In this document: piece after piece, positions 11,651 to 24,048 of the stretch
Layout of the letters: each line of letters starts with the position of its first letter
How positions within the stretch are numbered: position 1 is the first letter of the stretch
Source: Marsupella aquatica
Taxonomy: Eukaryota; Plantae; Marchantiophyta
Assembly: GCA_973895155.1 (NCBI GenBank)
Contig: OZ316893.1
Span: 1,798,860 to 1,862,859, forward strand
Length of the DNA stretch: 64,000 nt
Reading direction: 5' to 3'
Made by a program: the position numbers and the translations under genes
Notes under the pieces: generated by a model
Seen by the model: only the letters and a program-made list of their open reading frames with translations
Told to the model about the DNA's origin: nothing
The model's database searches: none

Positions 11651-11954
11651 AAAGTCCTTAAATTAACATAGTGTGAAAATCTCATGGGTTCCATCAAGTA
11701 AGTAGTCCCAATTTTGGGGTCCATGTCTCTCTGGTAAAAGGACCCAAGGATATACAATAAGTGAATTTCAGTGATGATTGGAGCGATTTATTCTGTTGTG
11801 ATTTTGCGGTACAGGACAAAATGCTAGAGACAGGTCGTGTGTTCAAACCCAACCCCAGCACGAGGTGTTCCTCGTTAGATTGCACCTTCTCACCGGTCGG
11901 CACTCTGCTCTACTACTGTCCCTCGTCTCGTCAACCTGCCCGATGCCAATGCTC

Positions 11955-12366
11955 TGTCAATCACCGCTCCGAATCAATCAATCCAATCAATCCAATCAGT
12001 CAATCAATCAGTCGACGGATCGATCAAGACGGTACCTGTGTACAAACCCATCGATTTGCTTCAAGAGAACCTGAAATCCACTTGTTGAGGACCTTTCCGA
12101 TGTGATTTTCCATTCCGCCTCTGTTTCTCTCCTCGGAGTTCCAGCGACGACTCTCTTTTCGAGAGAAGAGAGATTGTCAATCACCGCTCCGAATCAATCT
12201 ATCAATCGATCGATCAAGACGCTACCTGTGCACAAAAATATCGATACGCTCAAAGAGAACCGACAATCCTCTTGTTGAGGACCTTGTTTATGTGATTTGC
12301 CATTTCCGCCTCTGTTTCTCTCGTCGGAGTTTCAAACGAAGACTGTTTTTCGAGAACAGAGATTGT
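11955..12366 (+). repeat. Tandem duplication (about 190-220 bp) in the probable PMK 5' leader exon
   Basis: TGTCAATCACCGCTCCGAATCAATC..GATCAAGACG.TACCTGTG..TTGTTGAGGACCTT..TTCCGCCTCTGTTTCTCTC..TTTTCGAGA..AGAGATTGT starts at 11955 and 12175; copy 1 has a (CAAT/CCAAT)n expansion. Confidence 0.85.
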
Positions 12367-12789
12367 TGAGGTTTACTTGAGGAGGAGCGCCTCTGTGTTT
12401 TGGCAAAAATAGGTACGACGGTGGTGTATGCTCATGATTGTGTTAGCTCCAAACTGCGTCAGTAATTGCTGCTGTCGGATGCACGCTCTGGATAATTTGT
12501 CTCACGTTGATGGTAGCAAGAAAGCTTGGTACAGAGCAGCTGGCTACTGTACAGCAGGGTTTCGGTCGCTTTCATTTAAATTGGTGAATTTTCTGGCATC
12601 TGGGCACCTTTCTCGTCCGTCGTTATTTCCTCTTGCTGTGATTTGAGAAGTTTTATTGATCACTGGCATGGTGTTGCAATCGGTGAAGATTGCCGAGAGA
12701 TACAACAGTCCCTCTTTAGCAGTTTGTTTCGTGATCTAGCATTCACGAAGGTTTTTTTCCCCCGGATGTACCAACTTTCTAAGTTGTCC

Positions 12790-12982
12790 TGCATCTTCGA
12801 ATAAGAAGACTGCTCGATACAAACCAGCAAACCAATCGTCGGTGATTGTAAGCGTCCTGATTCTTATTCACATGAGGTTTTTTTCCCCTGATTCTCCATC
12901 TTAGAATAAGAAGACTGTTCGGCCCAAAACAGAAAACTACTCGTCGGTGATCGTCATCGTCCTGATTGTTATTCACATGAAG
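12790..12982 (+). repeat. Tandem duplication, about 105 bp
   Basis: CATCTT.GAATAAGAAGACTG.TCG..TCGTCGGTGAT.GT..CGTCCTGATT.TTATTCACATGA occurs twice. Confidence 0.8.
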
Positions 12983-13315
12983 TTCCTTTATCGATGTTTA
13001 AGACCTGAACAGTGCTTTGCGCTGTTCCACATTTTCGGCCATCTGTCTTATCTCCTAGTTACGTTTTGAGTCGATAGTTCTAGTTGACTCATTTTTCACT
13101 ATTTTTATTCATCCAAAAGGTGTTCCTCTGTTGTTTATGTATATAATTACTCTGGGACACCGTATGTTTGGACCCTGTTGGCCCATTAAGGGAAGGCTCT
13201 GGTACTTTGCATAAACGGAAAGTGTCGAGCTTTTACCCGCTTACAGGATGGAATGTGGCTTTTATCGAACAGGGACAGAGAAATCGCGCAAAGATTTGCG
13301 TGCCCGGGTTCTAAA

Positions 13316-16300
13316 ATGGATGGACAGACGGTGGTCTCTGCACCAGGGAAGGTTTTGATCACAGGTGGCTACTTGATTCTTGAACAACCCAATTCGGGCT
13401 TAGTGCTGTCAACGTCAGCCAGGTTCTTTGCCATCATCAAACCAATCACTACAACGCCAGAGTCTGATAGTTGGGCATGGGTAAGTGCTTTGATTTCGTT
13501 TAGATAGGTTCTTTTGCTACCGAGGGGAGGAATTTATAGCTGCGAGGTAATCGTTGGATGGGGTTGAAATGATTTTTGTCAACGTTGTAGTATTTTTCTG
13601 AATACGGAAATTGTAATTTATAATGCAGAGTTGGACAGATGTGAAAGTCTCTTCACCTCAGCTTTTCAAGGAGACAACTTACAAGCTCTCCCTCAGAGAT
13701 TTCACCCTCAAACAGGTTTCTCCACCCGCAGGGTATGCTTTGTCCCACATTCAGAAATAATGAATTGCTCATTTGTACATAAAAGGGGCCGAACAGACTC
13801 AATCGTTTATCCTAGGTCGCCACAGCTGTTACAGGATTTTTGGGTGATTATCATCTCGCGAAGGAATCGGATGCTGAGGAAACACCTCTTCCTTCTAGTG
13901 TGCAGTGAAGGAGGCAATCCCTTTGTGGAGAACGCAATTCAAATGGCCGTAGCAGCAGCAAAGGCCGGAAATGCGGGTGACAGTGACGGAGAGAAGCTGT
14001 TTTCCACATTGCTTCTTCAAGGTGAAAACAAAATCAAGCTCCTGTCTGGAGTTAGACATGCAGCTCGCAGATAGAACACTGGAGCACTTTCCGCATTGTG
14101 TTACTTTCTAGAGGCAATCCTCTCTTTGGTGCTAATAGTCCTATGTCTTCATCCTGTTATGTTATTCGATACATCTTTGCTTGAAGTTTAACTCTGATTC
14201 GCACGACATTGAATAATGCAATGATTTGTGGCAGGACTGAGCATCACTATTTTAGGAAACAATGCGTTTTATTCATTCAGAAAAACTGTAAGTCATTTCT
14301 AGTAGTACTTTTTATAATAAATCTACCGATGACTCAGAGAGAAAAGTTAATGTTCACTTTATGTTGGATACTTGTTGTCCTTGGGTTTGCCACCAGGACT
14401 ACTGTTGCATGTCTCAACACTAGAGTAAGAATGCTTGATGTTCATATTGTCAGTGGCTTCAATTTGTCTCATTGATACCACCCATTCTGGATGCAGATTG
14501 AAGCACAATCTCTTCCTGTCACCGCTGAGACTTTAGCGTCCCTTCCTGAGTTTTCAGCGATTACATTGAATCCCTCTGAAACTTCCAGCCAGACGAAAAA
14601 TGGGTTATCTCTCCCGGAAGTGGCAAAGACAGGTCTTGGATCCTCAGCAGCAATGACTTCAGCAGTTGTCGCGGGAATTCTGGAGTATCTAGGTAGCGTG
14701 AAGCTTCCAATTCATTCTGATGGACAGGCAACAAATATGGACGGGGCCTGGAATGTGGACTTGGTCCATTCCGTAGCTCAAGCTGCTCATTGTGCAGCAC
14801 AGGGGAAGGTAGGGAGTGGATTTGATGTCAGTGCAGCAGTCTACGGGAGCCAACGTTACATAAGATTCTCTCCTTCAGTCCTTTCCACAAAGGTATTTGG
14901 TATATGCAATTGTTTCGTTTATCATCGTGTTTGAACCTCTTGTGCACATGTTGTTAGTCACCATAGAAACTGATTTTGCAAGTTTGCAGGAATCCAGCAA
15001 TATCAAGTCCCCTCTAAACAAAGTGCAAGACCTGCTCCTACAGAAGTGGGATGGCGAGAGAACTGAATATGCTCTGCCACCGCAGCTCCTCTTGGTACAA
15101 ACCAGCTCCTATGACCTTGTAACCGAAAATGTTATTTGGCTTTACCTCGAAGGAGGGTCCTTACCAAATCGTTTTTCAATGCCTCTTATCGTCTTGTTAG
15201 CATACCCTTTTTTAAATCTGATTTTCTGTTGAAGGCGTCTAAGCAAAGCTAGTTTCGCGTGTCATCACTTCATAATATACCTGAGCCACAATTCTTTTGG
15301 TTATGAATGAATAGATCATCGGCGAGCCTGGATATGGTGGGTCACACACCCCATCGATGGTGGGTGCAGTTCTAGCTTGGCGGAAGAAAGATCCTGAGCA
15401 GGACAAGGTCTGGTCGGCTATAGCGAAAGCAAATAAGGGAGTAGAGGCTGGACTTTTACGGCTGAACTATTTGGCTCGAAAACACAGGGAGACCTATCTT
15501 ACAGTCGTCAATTTATGCAGCACATCTCAGGTGGAAGAGGTATTAAGGAATCACCTGGAATGTTTTGTATTTTTATTTTTCGGATTGGCAAGTATAAATG
15601 AATCACTACCTTGGACGAATCTAATTTTACGAAGTTTAACACTCTTGACAGCATCTCAATCAATTGCTTCATCGGACACGAGAACTAATTCTTTTGAGTG
15701 CCTGATTTGACTCAGTGGGAGAAAGTAGGGGAGCCATCTGCTGATGGGAAGGAGATTGTGGCAGCACTAGTAGAAACAAGAAATGCTTTTACCAATGTGC
15801 GGTCTGGTTTGCAGACTCTGGGTGAAAAAGCTGGGGTTCCAGTAAGTTTACTTATTAAACTCCACTCTTGTTAGCAAATCCAATCGCGTTGCTTAGTGCA
15901 ATGCTCACTGAAACGAGAATGGTACGAGGCTGCTAAGCAGCTGTGTGTTCTTTGATAATCTGCTAAAACAGATTGGATGGTCCTTGAACGATGTATCCTA
16001 TTTCACTGGACGTTTTAACGTGCTAGTACGAGGGGAGTACTTGTTGAAGTGAGTGTTGTCTTCTTGGAGTCCGTGGGTAATGTTCATATCCTTGTGGGGA
16101 TCAGGTGTTCCAAAGGAACGAAGATGGAATGACTTATTTTGGATGTGGGTTTGTGCATATGACAGATAGAGCCACCAATTCAGACAGAACTGCTCGATGA
16201 AACCACGAAGATCACTGGGGTGCTCTTTGCAGGAGTTCCTGGTGCAGGGGGGTATGATGCAGTCTTTGCCATTACCCTGGGACATGAGGCGAGGGACCAG

Positions 16301-16435
16301 GTTGAGCAGCAATGGAACAGGAAAGGGGTGCTGACACTCCCCACCAAGGAGGACCCTTGTGGAGTTGCATTAGAAAAAACTGATCCTCGCGTAGGCCACT
16401 TGGGGTCTGATTTGGATTCGCTGTCTGTTAATTGA
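13316..16435 (+). CDS. PMK: Phosphomevalonate kinase (ERG8-type, GHMP family), 9 exons
   Basis: Approximate exons 13316-13480, 13629-13732, 13906-14021, 14235-14287, 14497-14892, 14990-15094, 15315-15539, 15716-15841, 16166-16435. Motifs: SAPGKVLITGGYLIL, NPFVE, KTGLGSSAA, AHCAAQGKVGSGFDVSAAVYGS, GGSHTPSMVG, VPIEPPIQTELLD, GVPGAGGYDA. Confidence 0.96.
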
Positions 16436-18250
16436 TTCAGATCTTTCAAGAATTTAAGATCACATAATAGAGTTTTCCGTCAAGTGGACAGAGCCAGGTG
16501 AGTCCTGGGTCAGTTTGACTGGGGTTCAGGGTGAGTTAAGTCCAACCCAACATGAATGAGTCCGTGTTCGAACACCAGTTTGAAACTGCATGTACTTTAC
16601 CCTAAGTCACCCAGAATTCTATTGTAAGTTTCCACTTCGCGGCGCTGCAATGGAGACTTCGCGCTCACTGAGCTACGGAGGAGGATCCGGAGATCAGATA
16701 CGCGTCTCGAGGCTTGCAATTCTCGCGGGCAATGATTGCCATTTGGATCCCAATCTGGACCCGCATCTCACGTCCTCGTCTGCTCGGCGGCTTTTAGCGT
16801 TACAGCTTTTCGAATTTCATATGATCTTGGAGCAAGAATCATACCCCGGAAAGCAGTTGACGAGGATTTTCCTTTCGTTTTCGATCTCTGTTCGTGCGTG
16901 TTGATATGGGCTTTTTCTCTCAATTTGTGTGTTAGCACATGTCTGTCCATAACCGTTGATGTTTGGGAAGTTATTTTTTCCCGATTGAGGAGTCTCACGT
17001 TTGGTTTGCTGTGAAATGCGACACTACGCATTCTTGTGTTGGGCTGGGTAGACTTCGCAAATCGCCAGCTGAGGGGAGTGAAAGCCTGTCGGGTGAGGAT
17101 TGTAATGACGTCATTGCCTTTCAAAGTTCTCGAGTTCTTGTAAAGAGAAAGGTAGGGTTTGTTTTTGGTTTCTTGTAAAGAGAAAGGTAGAGTAACGACA
17201 TCCTTGTCCGATGATGTAAAAACATATCTGCAAGAATGGTCGAAGGCATTTCCCTTGCCCTTCTTCGTGCATTCTCTGTTTTTCTCCATACCTCCGATAC
17301 ACCCGTGCCAGAACTGCTCTTCTGAGTCCCTTCTATTACCACTTCGTTTCTCTTTCCCTATGTGTTTGCCATGAGTATTCCCCACGGAAATGCCTTCCAA
17401 AGGACCATCGCTGATGCGTAGCTATGAGAGCTGAGGACAAGGACTTATTCTGTAGACATGGTGACACGGGACACGAGATTCTTAAGCAAAGTAGATCTAT
17501 CTCTGACGACGTTCCACTCTTCTCTTCGCTCTGTCGGCTTCACTTCGTCGTCACATCTTTCTCTCTATCCTGATTAGGAATGAGTTGTAAACCCAATCTG
17601 ACATTGACGTGGAACAAAACCGTGACATTGGATCATCCTAAGCAAAGCGCAAACCGTTCCATGCTTTTATCGAGACCTATGCCAAACACCGCACCATAGT
17701 TTAACAGGTTTTGGCCCCAGTTCAAATCGTCGAACGTAGAAGGCCTTCATTAGATTTTGTGAACATATATTTGGGCATCACATCGAAGTGGTGTACGTGG
17801 AGGTATATCAGTTTAGCCGTTAGTATACGGAAGCTCAAACTGTTCAATCCCTAAATCTCAGACCGCCACCCCCACCATATTTTGATGATCTCTACTATTG
17901 GCATGGAGGTAAGTTGAGGAATGCAGATCTTGACATTCTCGGTACCGCTTGGAGTTGTATTTGAGGACGCTGCAACGGAATGATACTCTTGTTGTGCATT
18001 GAAATGCGAGCTTGCCTGAATTATTTCAGCCAGAAGTGGCTGAGTTCAGCTAGCTCCTAATCGTTTGACTCCAACCGGGACAAGCCAAGAGGGAGTATTC
18101 TCTAGGGTCTATTAGTGAGGGTGATAAGATATTTGCCATGGAACGCCCAGTTTGAGTTCAATTACCTTATCTGAAGCTGTTCATGTCATCTGCTGACTTG
18201 CCAAGGAAAGCTGACGATACTGTGGCTGGCCCGTAACGAGTTCGCCGAAA

Positions 18251-18297
18251 GGATTAGATTAGATTGGATTGGATTGGATTGGATTGGATTGGATTGG
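18251..18297. repeat. (GGATT)n microsatellite
   Basis: GGATTAGATTAGATTGGATTGGATT..., about 9 units. Confidence 0.9.
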
Positions 18298-20221
18298 TTC
18301 CAAAGCACTATTCAAAACACCCAAAAGACTGAAGAGAAGGTCTCGCCTTAGTGCACATGACCATCTCACTAGCCTGCTTCGCCATTCTAGTCTCGCTCTC
18401 CTTCACTTGAGTACGCTGTGTGAGAGTTTATTCCACAAGACTGGAACATGATTGTACTCAAGCTACCACTAGTCACAACACAGCGCGTCAAACCTCAAAA
18501 GAACAATGTTGGGCCGGCTAGCAAACTTTCAAATTGCGGTACCAATCTTGACTCGAGCCTGGAATTTTTCGTTCGGGAAAAACTCTTGAGACACTTGAAC
18601 AATCCGTAACTCTTTCGTGTTTTCTCTTTGACCTAGTCTAGTGCAGTATCTTTAAAGTACTGCACTCTGGGAAGGACACGGTAACGACTTTATCTCGTGA
18701 ACGCCGCCCACGCGGATGACGAGATCAGCTATGGGCAGTATCTGATATTGTGAAGGCAAGCCCTGGCGGTCATTCATGTACTCATGGTGGCTCTACCAAA
18801 AACCGGCATCCAATACGGGCATTAATGAAAATAGGTCTTCAAAGGCTCTTTAGGATACCGCAGCATCGTCTTTTGGTGCCGATACTGTGGCTTTTGGCGA
18901 AGATACCCAGTTGGCTTTATTCGGATGCCGTTTAAGTGTGAAGACATATACTACATTCCTTAAACTTCTTGTCTGCGATGCTGAGATAGTTCTCTTCTTG
19001 TCCATATTGTTGCCAGCCAGTTTGGCCCATCCGAATTTCTTGCTTGAGGGCGTGGATGCAAATTCTCATGTCAATGTTCCAAAATCTGACTCATTGGATG
19101 CTGTAGACATTTTCCATATCAAACTGCTATCTATAGGGAGACATTTCATCAATTTTCTACAAATTTGCGAAAGTTTTGACGCCCACGGTCAGAGGACAAG
19201 CGCGAAAGTTTTGCCACCCGTGGTCAGAGGACAAGCCTGAATCATTTTCGGCAAGGCTCTCAACAGCCCAACATCACAAATACATCATAGTTTAGATCAG
19301 ACGCGCTGTTTGATTTTGCTTTGACTGTCTACAATATGCACTGATCCTAGTGACAATCGCCTGCTGTGAATCGCCAACGAGCCGACACGTTCTGGCGTTT
19401 GGACAGTCTCACGGAAACCTTTTCTGAATGTTATAAGTAGCACTTCGGATTCCTTTTTTTCAGAGCGAGCAAAGATTTGCACACCCTCCAAATTGTCACC
19501 AAATTGTCACTGGAAACACGCAACCACACTTTCCTACACGTTCCCGTCACTGACCAGCAACCTCCACAGACGTAACGGTCGTATGCGGCTGCTGTAGTGG
19601 ACAAGAAACGGAAAAACACACACGTCCGAGTGCAGTGATTCACCGAAATCGTGATCATGAGATCAACGAGACAGCTGGATGTGTCAGCTCGACTCAAATT
19701 CCCGTCCCTGATCTTTCGCGTTGCAATTAATCTGTTCTGGATAGAAAAGCGATTGAAAAACGATTGAAAAGCATACAGTGTAATATTGTAAAGTCGTGGA
19801 AGGAAGAGGGCCCTAGATTGTAAGCACTCATTCGTTGCCCTAATCTGTTCGATTTGAAACGCGAAATTCGTGGAAGGAAGCAAAGCCGAACCGGGGTGCT
19901 GCGGGGTATGATTGGTCTCGACCCCATGGAATGATGGAAACATCGATTGTTGGGACCCCGAGCTCTGGAAGATCGCCGACAAAATAATCACGTATGTAAA
20001 TGGATAATGGGATTGCAGAAGCACCCACATGGCGTCAATCGCATGGCCCGCGTTGCTTGCCTGCGAAACAACCTCGGAATGACACCCAAACTCCGACAAA
20101 TTGACAAGTCCAATCTGCGTGGCTCCACCGAACAACACAAAGTGGTTGATCTATCATTCAACCCAATACCCATCGTCGAAGAATTTGCGCATTGGAACCC
20201 ACGTGTGTTGAATCTTCGCTG

Positions 20222-21075
20222 CCCTGGTGACTGGAAGAACCCTAGCGCACGGCAGCTGACGAGGCCAACAGGTTGCACTAAGGGAAGGTTACAATAAGTG
20301 ATTTCCGTGCCAATAATCACACATCAAAATGTGGTATTGGCTGCCCTGGTCAATAATCATACATCAAAATGTGATAATATAAAATATGGTATTCGCTGAT
20401 TGGAAGAACCCTAGCGCATCGCTGCCCTGGTCAATAATCACACATCAAAATGTGGTATTCGCTGCCCCTGGGTGAATGGAAGAACCCTAGCTTGGTTGCC
20501 CTGAGTGACTGGAAGAACCTTAGCGCACGGCAGCTGATGAGGCCAACAGGTTGCACTAAGGGAAGGTTGCAATAAGTGATTTCCCTGCCAATAATAATCA
20601 CACATCAAAATGTACTAATATAGAATGTGGTATATGTTGCCTTGGTCAATAATCACACATCAAAATGTGATAATATAAAATGAGGTATTAGTTGCCCTGG
20701 GTGAATGGAAGAACCCTAGCTTGGTCGCCCTGGGTGACTGGAAGAACCCTAGCTGACTGGAAGAACCCTAGCGCACGGCAGCTGACAAGGCCAACAGGTT
20801 GAACTAAGGGAAGGTTGAAATAAGTGATTTCCCTGCCAATAATCGCACATCAAAATGTGGTAATATAAAATGTGGTATTGGCTGCCCTGATCAATAATCA
20901 CACATCAAAATGTGGTAATATAAAATGTGTTATTCATTGCCCTGGTGACTGGAAGAACCCTAGGGCACAGCAGCTGACGAGGCCAACAGGTTGCACTAAG
21001 GGAAGGTTGCAATAAGTGATTTCCCTGTAGGTAATCACACATCAAAATGTGGGATATAAAATGTGGTAATATAGA
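20222..21075 (+). repeat. Composite tandem repeat array: 4 core units spaced about 190-280 bp, with shuffled submodules
   Basis: The core GACTGGAAGAACCCTAGCGCACGGCAGCTGACGAGGCCAACAGGTTGCACTAAGGGAAGGTTGCAATAAGTGATTTCC occurs four times; the submodules ATAATCACACATCAAAATGTG and GGAAGAACCCTAGC are interleaved many times. Confidence 0.92.
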
Positions 21076-22816
21076 GTGTGCATTCATTGATTTAAAGAAA
21101 AGAAAATTACGAGTATTACTATGGTATGGAGAATTCATACATCTATATGTCATATTTTTATGTGCAGATATGGGACCCAATATGAGGTCAGGACCGCAAG
21201 GGCAAGGGCCTGAAATTTAGGCCCTGTGATGTCCCAAACCCTTCAAAAGTGAATAAAACAAAACTACTGATGCCTATTGCATCTGCTTTGGGTTGCAGGC
21301 AACTGGCTAGTAGTCTCTGGTTGAGAGTAAGTTCACTGGCTAATCCCAAAGTTTAGCAGTGCTTTTTGGGGGCAACTGGTAACTTGAACAGCTTGGCTAG
21401 CTCATTCTTGGAAAATCTCCACTAGCTCGTTGTCAACTACTGGCAACTGTGTACATTGCATGGTAACGAGCAACAGGCAAACAACCCCTATCTTGCTCTA
21501 GGGCTTGCTGACGAATGATGTCAACCCTTGATCCTAATGTGACAAATGGCTGCCATTCCTTCCAGAAACTAGCTCGAGTATGATTAGCCAGCCCCTTTTC
21601 TATGTAAGTTTCTGGCAAATTTTTGCCCAAACAAAATAGCTGCCCATGAGTGAGTGGGCACACATATTTCCAATGCTGACTATGTGCAGATTTGAGTTCT
21701 TACTTTTTCACAACAATTTTGGGCTGGTACTATGGCCCTGTTTTTGAAGACTTTGCATGTGCAAGACAGGCCGTAGTGTGGCCGAAGAATACCTTGGTGG
21801 CAGTTTGAGTGTTTTTAACCAAAGCTAATCTATCAGCCATTTATTATACTATAGATAGTGTATTGGGGTTCAAGATAGAGTAGAATCATTTTATGGCCCT
21901 CAGTGTCTTGTAAAGTCTAAGTGCAAATGGTGCTAGATGAATTTGCTACAAGACAAGTTGAAGACCCACTTCACCTAAAAGTCACATGTCCTTTGACTAC
22001 ACATTTCTTGTTTGTGCAAGAGAGGATTCAAGGAGGGGCGTGTGGGTCCACTTTTAATGTGCAAAGACTCAACATAGGAATGGACCAACGGGCCAGATGA
22101 AGAGACCTCCAAGAGAGGTGGTCTAAACTTTGAGACAAAAATGTGCTCCACATAAGGAATATTTGGGTCTCACTTTGTTCCTTGTAGAACCAGTAACAGG
22201 TTAGATTGAAAGTGCCCCCAGCGTTTTGCAAAGTGAACAACAGAAGTTTCTCCCCAATGGATGACCTTGATTACATCTTGGAGACCAAAACAAAGTGCAA
22301 AGTGCCCCAAGGTCTTGTAAAACCACCCTTAGAGGCCCCCTAAGTGATTTTTCTCTTTGTATTTTGGAAAAGAATAGCCCTGTCAAGATTTGCATTGTGA
22401 TTTTTCAGCAACTTAATGCCCTGAGTAGTTTTCCCCTTTGAATTTTGGAGAAGATTGCCCATTCAAGATGTGGAGCACCACTTGAGGAAGAGTCTCTCTC
22501 CTTCTATTTACATTAGTAAAAATATAAAGATTCTAAGAATATAAAGTAAAAATATAAAGACCTTTTACCAAAGCATCATGGACAATAATAGCTCCTCAAA
22601 CTTGAGGGGCAGCTCTCATTTTGGGGAGCATTATATCCTATCATTTTGGGGGTGTTATATCCAATAATGCCCTCTAAACAGTACTTTAATATATACTTAA
22701 TGCCATGAGTGGCTTTTAGGAATATGTTTGATGGACCCCCAAACCAAAGTTTACTCCCCAACCAACCCGTTGAGATTCTTGGGATGGTTGATTCAAGGTC
22801 TATGGAAGGTATGGAC

Positions 22817-23160
22817 TGTTAGATATTGCTCTAGTCTTGTGACTCATGAGCTAACCACAGTTAGTCTAACTCAGGTTAGGACTTAGCTAATGTTAGCGGT
22901 AGTGCTGTTGTGTATATAGCCAAGGCTTATGCCAGACCCTGGTGGAACTTAGGCTCATTGTTACGGAGCTAGTTGAGAGATAGGGAGAGCTTGTGCTATG
23001 GATGCTTGGTATGGCCGGTCGGCCTAGAGTGCAGTAAAGCTCTTATGTGTTCCCGTGGACGTAGCCTCATGTGGAGGTGAATCACGTATCTCTCTGTGTC
23101 GACTATTGTGCGTTGGATGGTTCATGGGCTTGCCGTTACGAATGTCGTCTATGCTTAACA
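22817..23160 (+). repeat. Copia 5' LTR
   Basis: TGTTAGATATTG...CTATGCTTAACA; 12 substitutions against the 3' LTR by manual count. Confidence 0.97.
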
Positions 23161-24048
23161 AGTGGTATTTCCAGCGTTCATTGTCGATGATACATTCAGA
23201 GTTTCATCACATGAAACTTGAATGTGTGTGGCTGTGCGGATAGGTTAGTGAGAGGGCTTTCTAACGGTGGTTAGAACTCGCTGATCGGTATCCGTGGTGC
23301 GGAGGAATCAAAGTTTGCGTCGTTCAGGTTTTATTCGTGTTCGACGGTTTTTTGGGGGAGAGACCAGAGTTTGTGTTTTCAACGGTATGAGCTGTGCGGT
23401 GCGGGAGGCGTCGCATGTTGTAGCTCAAGTTGAAGGTTCAAGCGAGTTGGTCGTTTCGGTAGTTGGATTGCTGCCGAGTTGTTATCGAGTGTGACGTGAC
23501 GAGTGAAGGAGGCGTTCAGGTTTTTTCACAAGCTATGGAGCTTGTTCCCATCTGAACCGGGTTTCTCTTCGTAACGTCCGACTTGGTGGAAGAAACGCGA
23601 AGTGCTACGACTCAATGGTTTGATCGCGGTGAGACGGTCGTTTTGAGCCCGGGATTGGCACTTGACGCGGAGTGAAGGCGACGCGGCAGAAATTGTTTAC
23701 TCTGCTGGAGCAACAGACTGTGCCGGTGCAATTTGGAAACATTACCCGTCGGCGGCATCCACTTTTCTCGTTTAAACCGGCATTTAAGGTGTGTTCTTGC
23801 CTTTTGTCTTGGAGGGGGAATTATTTTTTCTTGGTTTATAGGGGGTCTTTTGGACTCCTTTTTTGGTGTATACACGAGGTGTATACACTCACCTCGTTTG
23901 GAACTCCTCGTACATATTTTTTCCCTTGTGACCCCGATACTCACTTGGTCCAAGGGGGGTCCGCAGCGCCGGCCGGCGCGCAACCCATCGCCCCGGCTCC
24001 CCGACCCTGCCGCCTCCCGTCTCTTCCCTGCCACCGCCCTGTAGGGAA

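Noticed and set aside
16768-17400. 210-aa minus-strand ORF
   Set aside because: Lys/Arg/Ser-biased translation of T/C-rich opposite-strand DNA; no recognisable family.
19431-20138. 235-aa minus-strand ORF
   Set aside because: Non-ATG start and no recognisable motif; treated only as part of a possible non-coding transcript.
20222-21075. CRISPR-like repeat/spacer array
   Set aside because: The intervening sequences are reshuffled repeats, not unique spacers; the context is eukaryotic and there are no cas genes.
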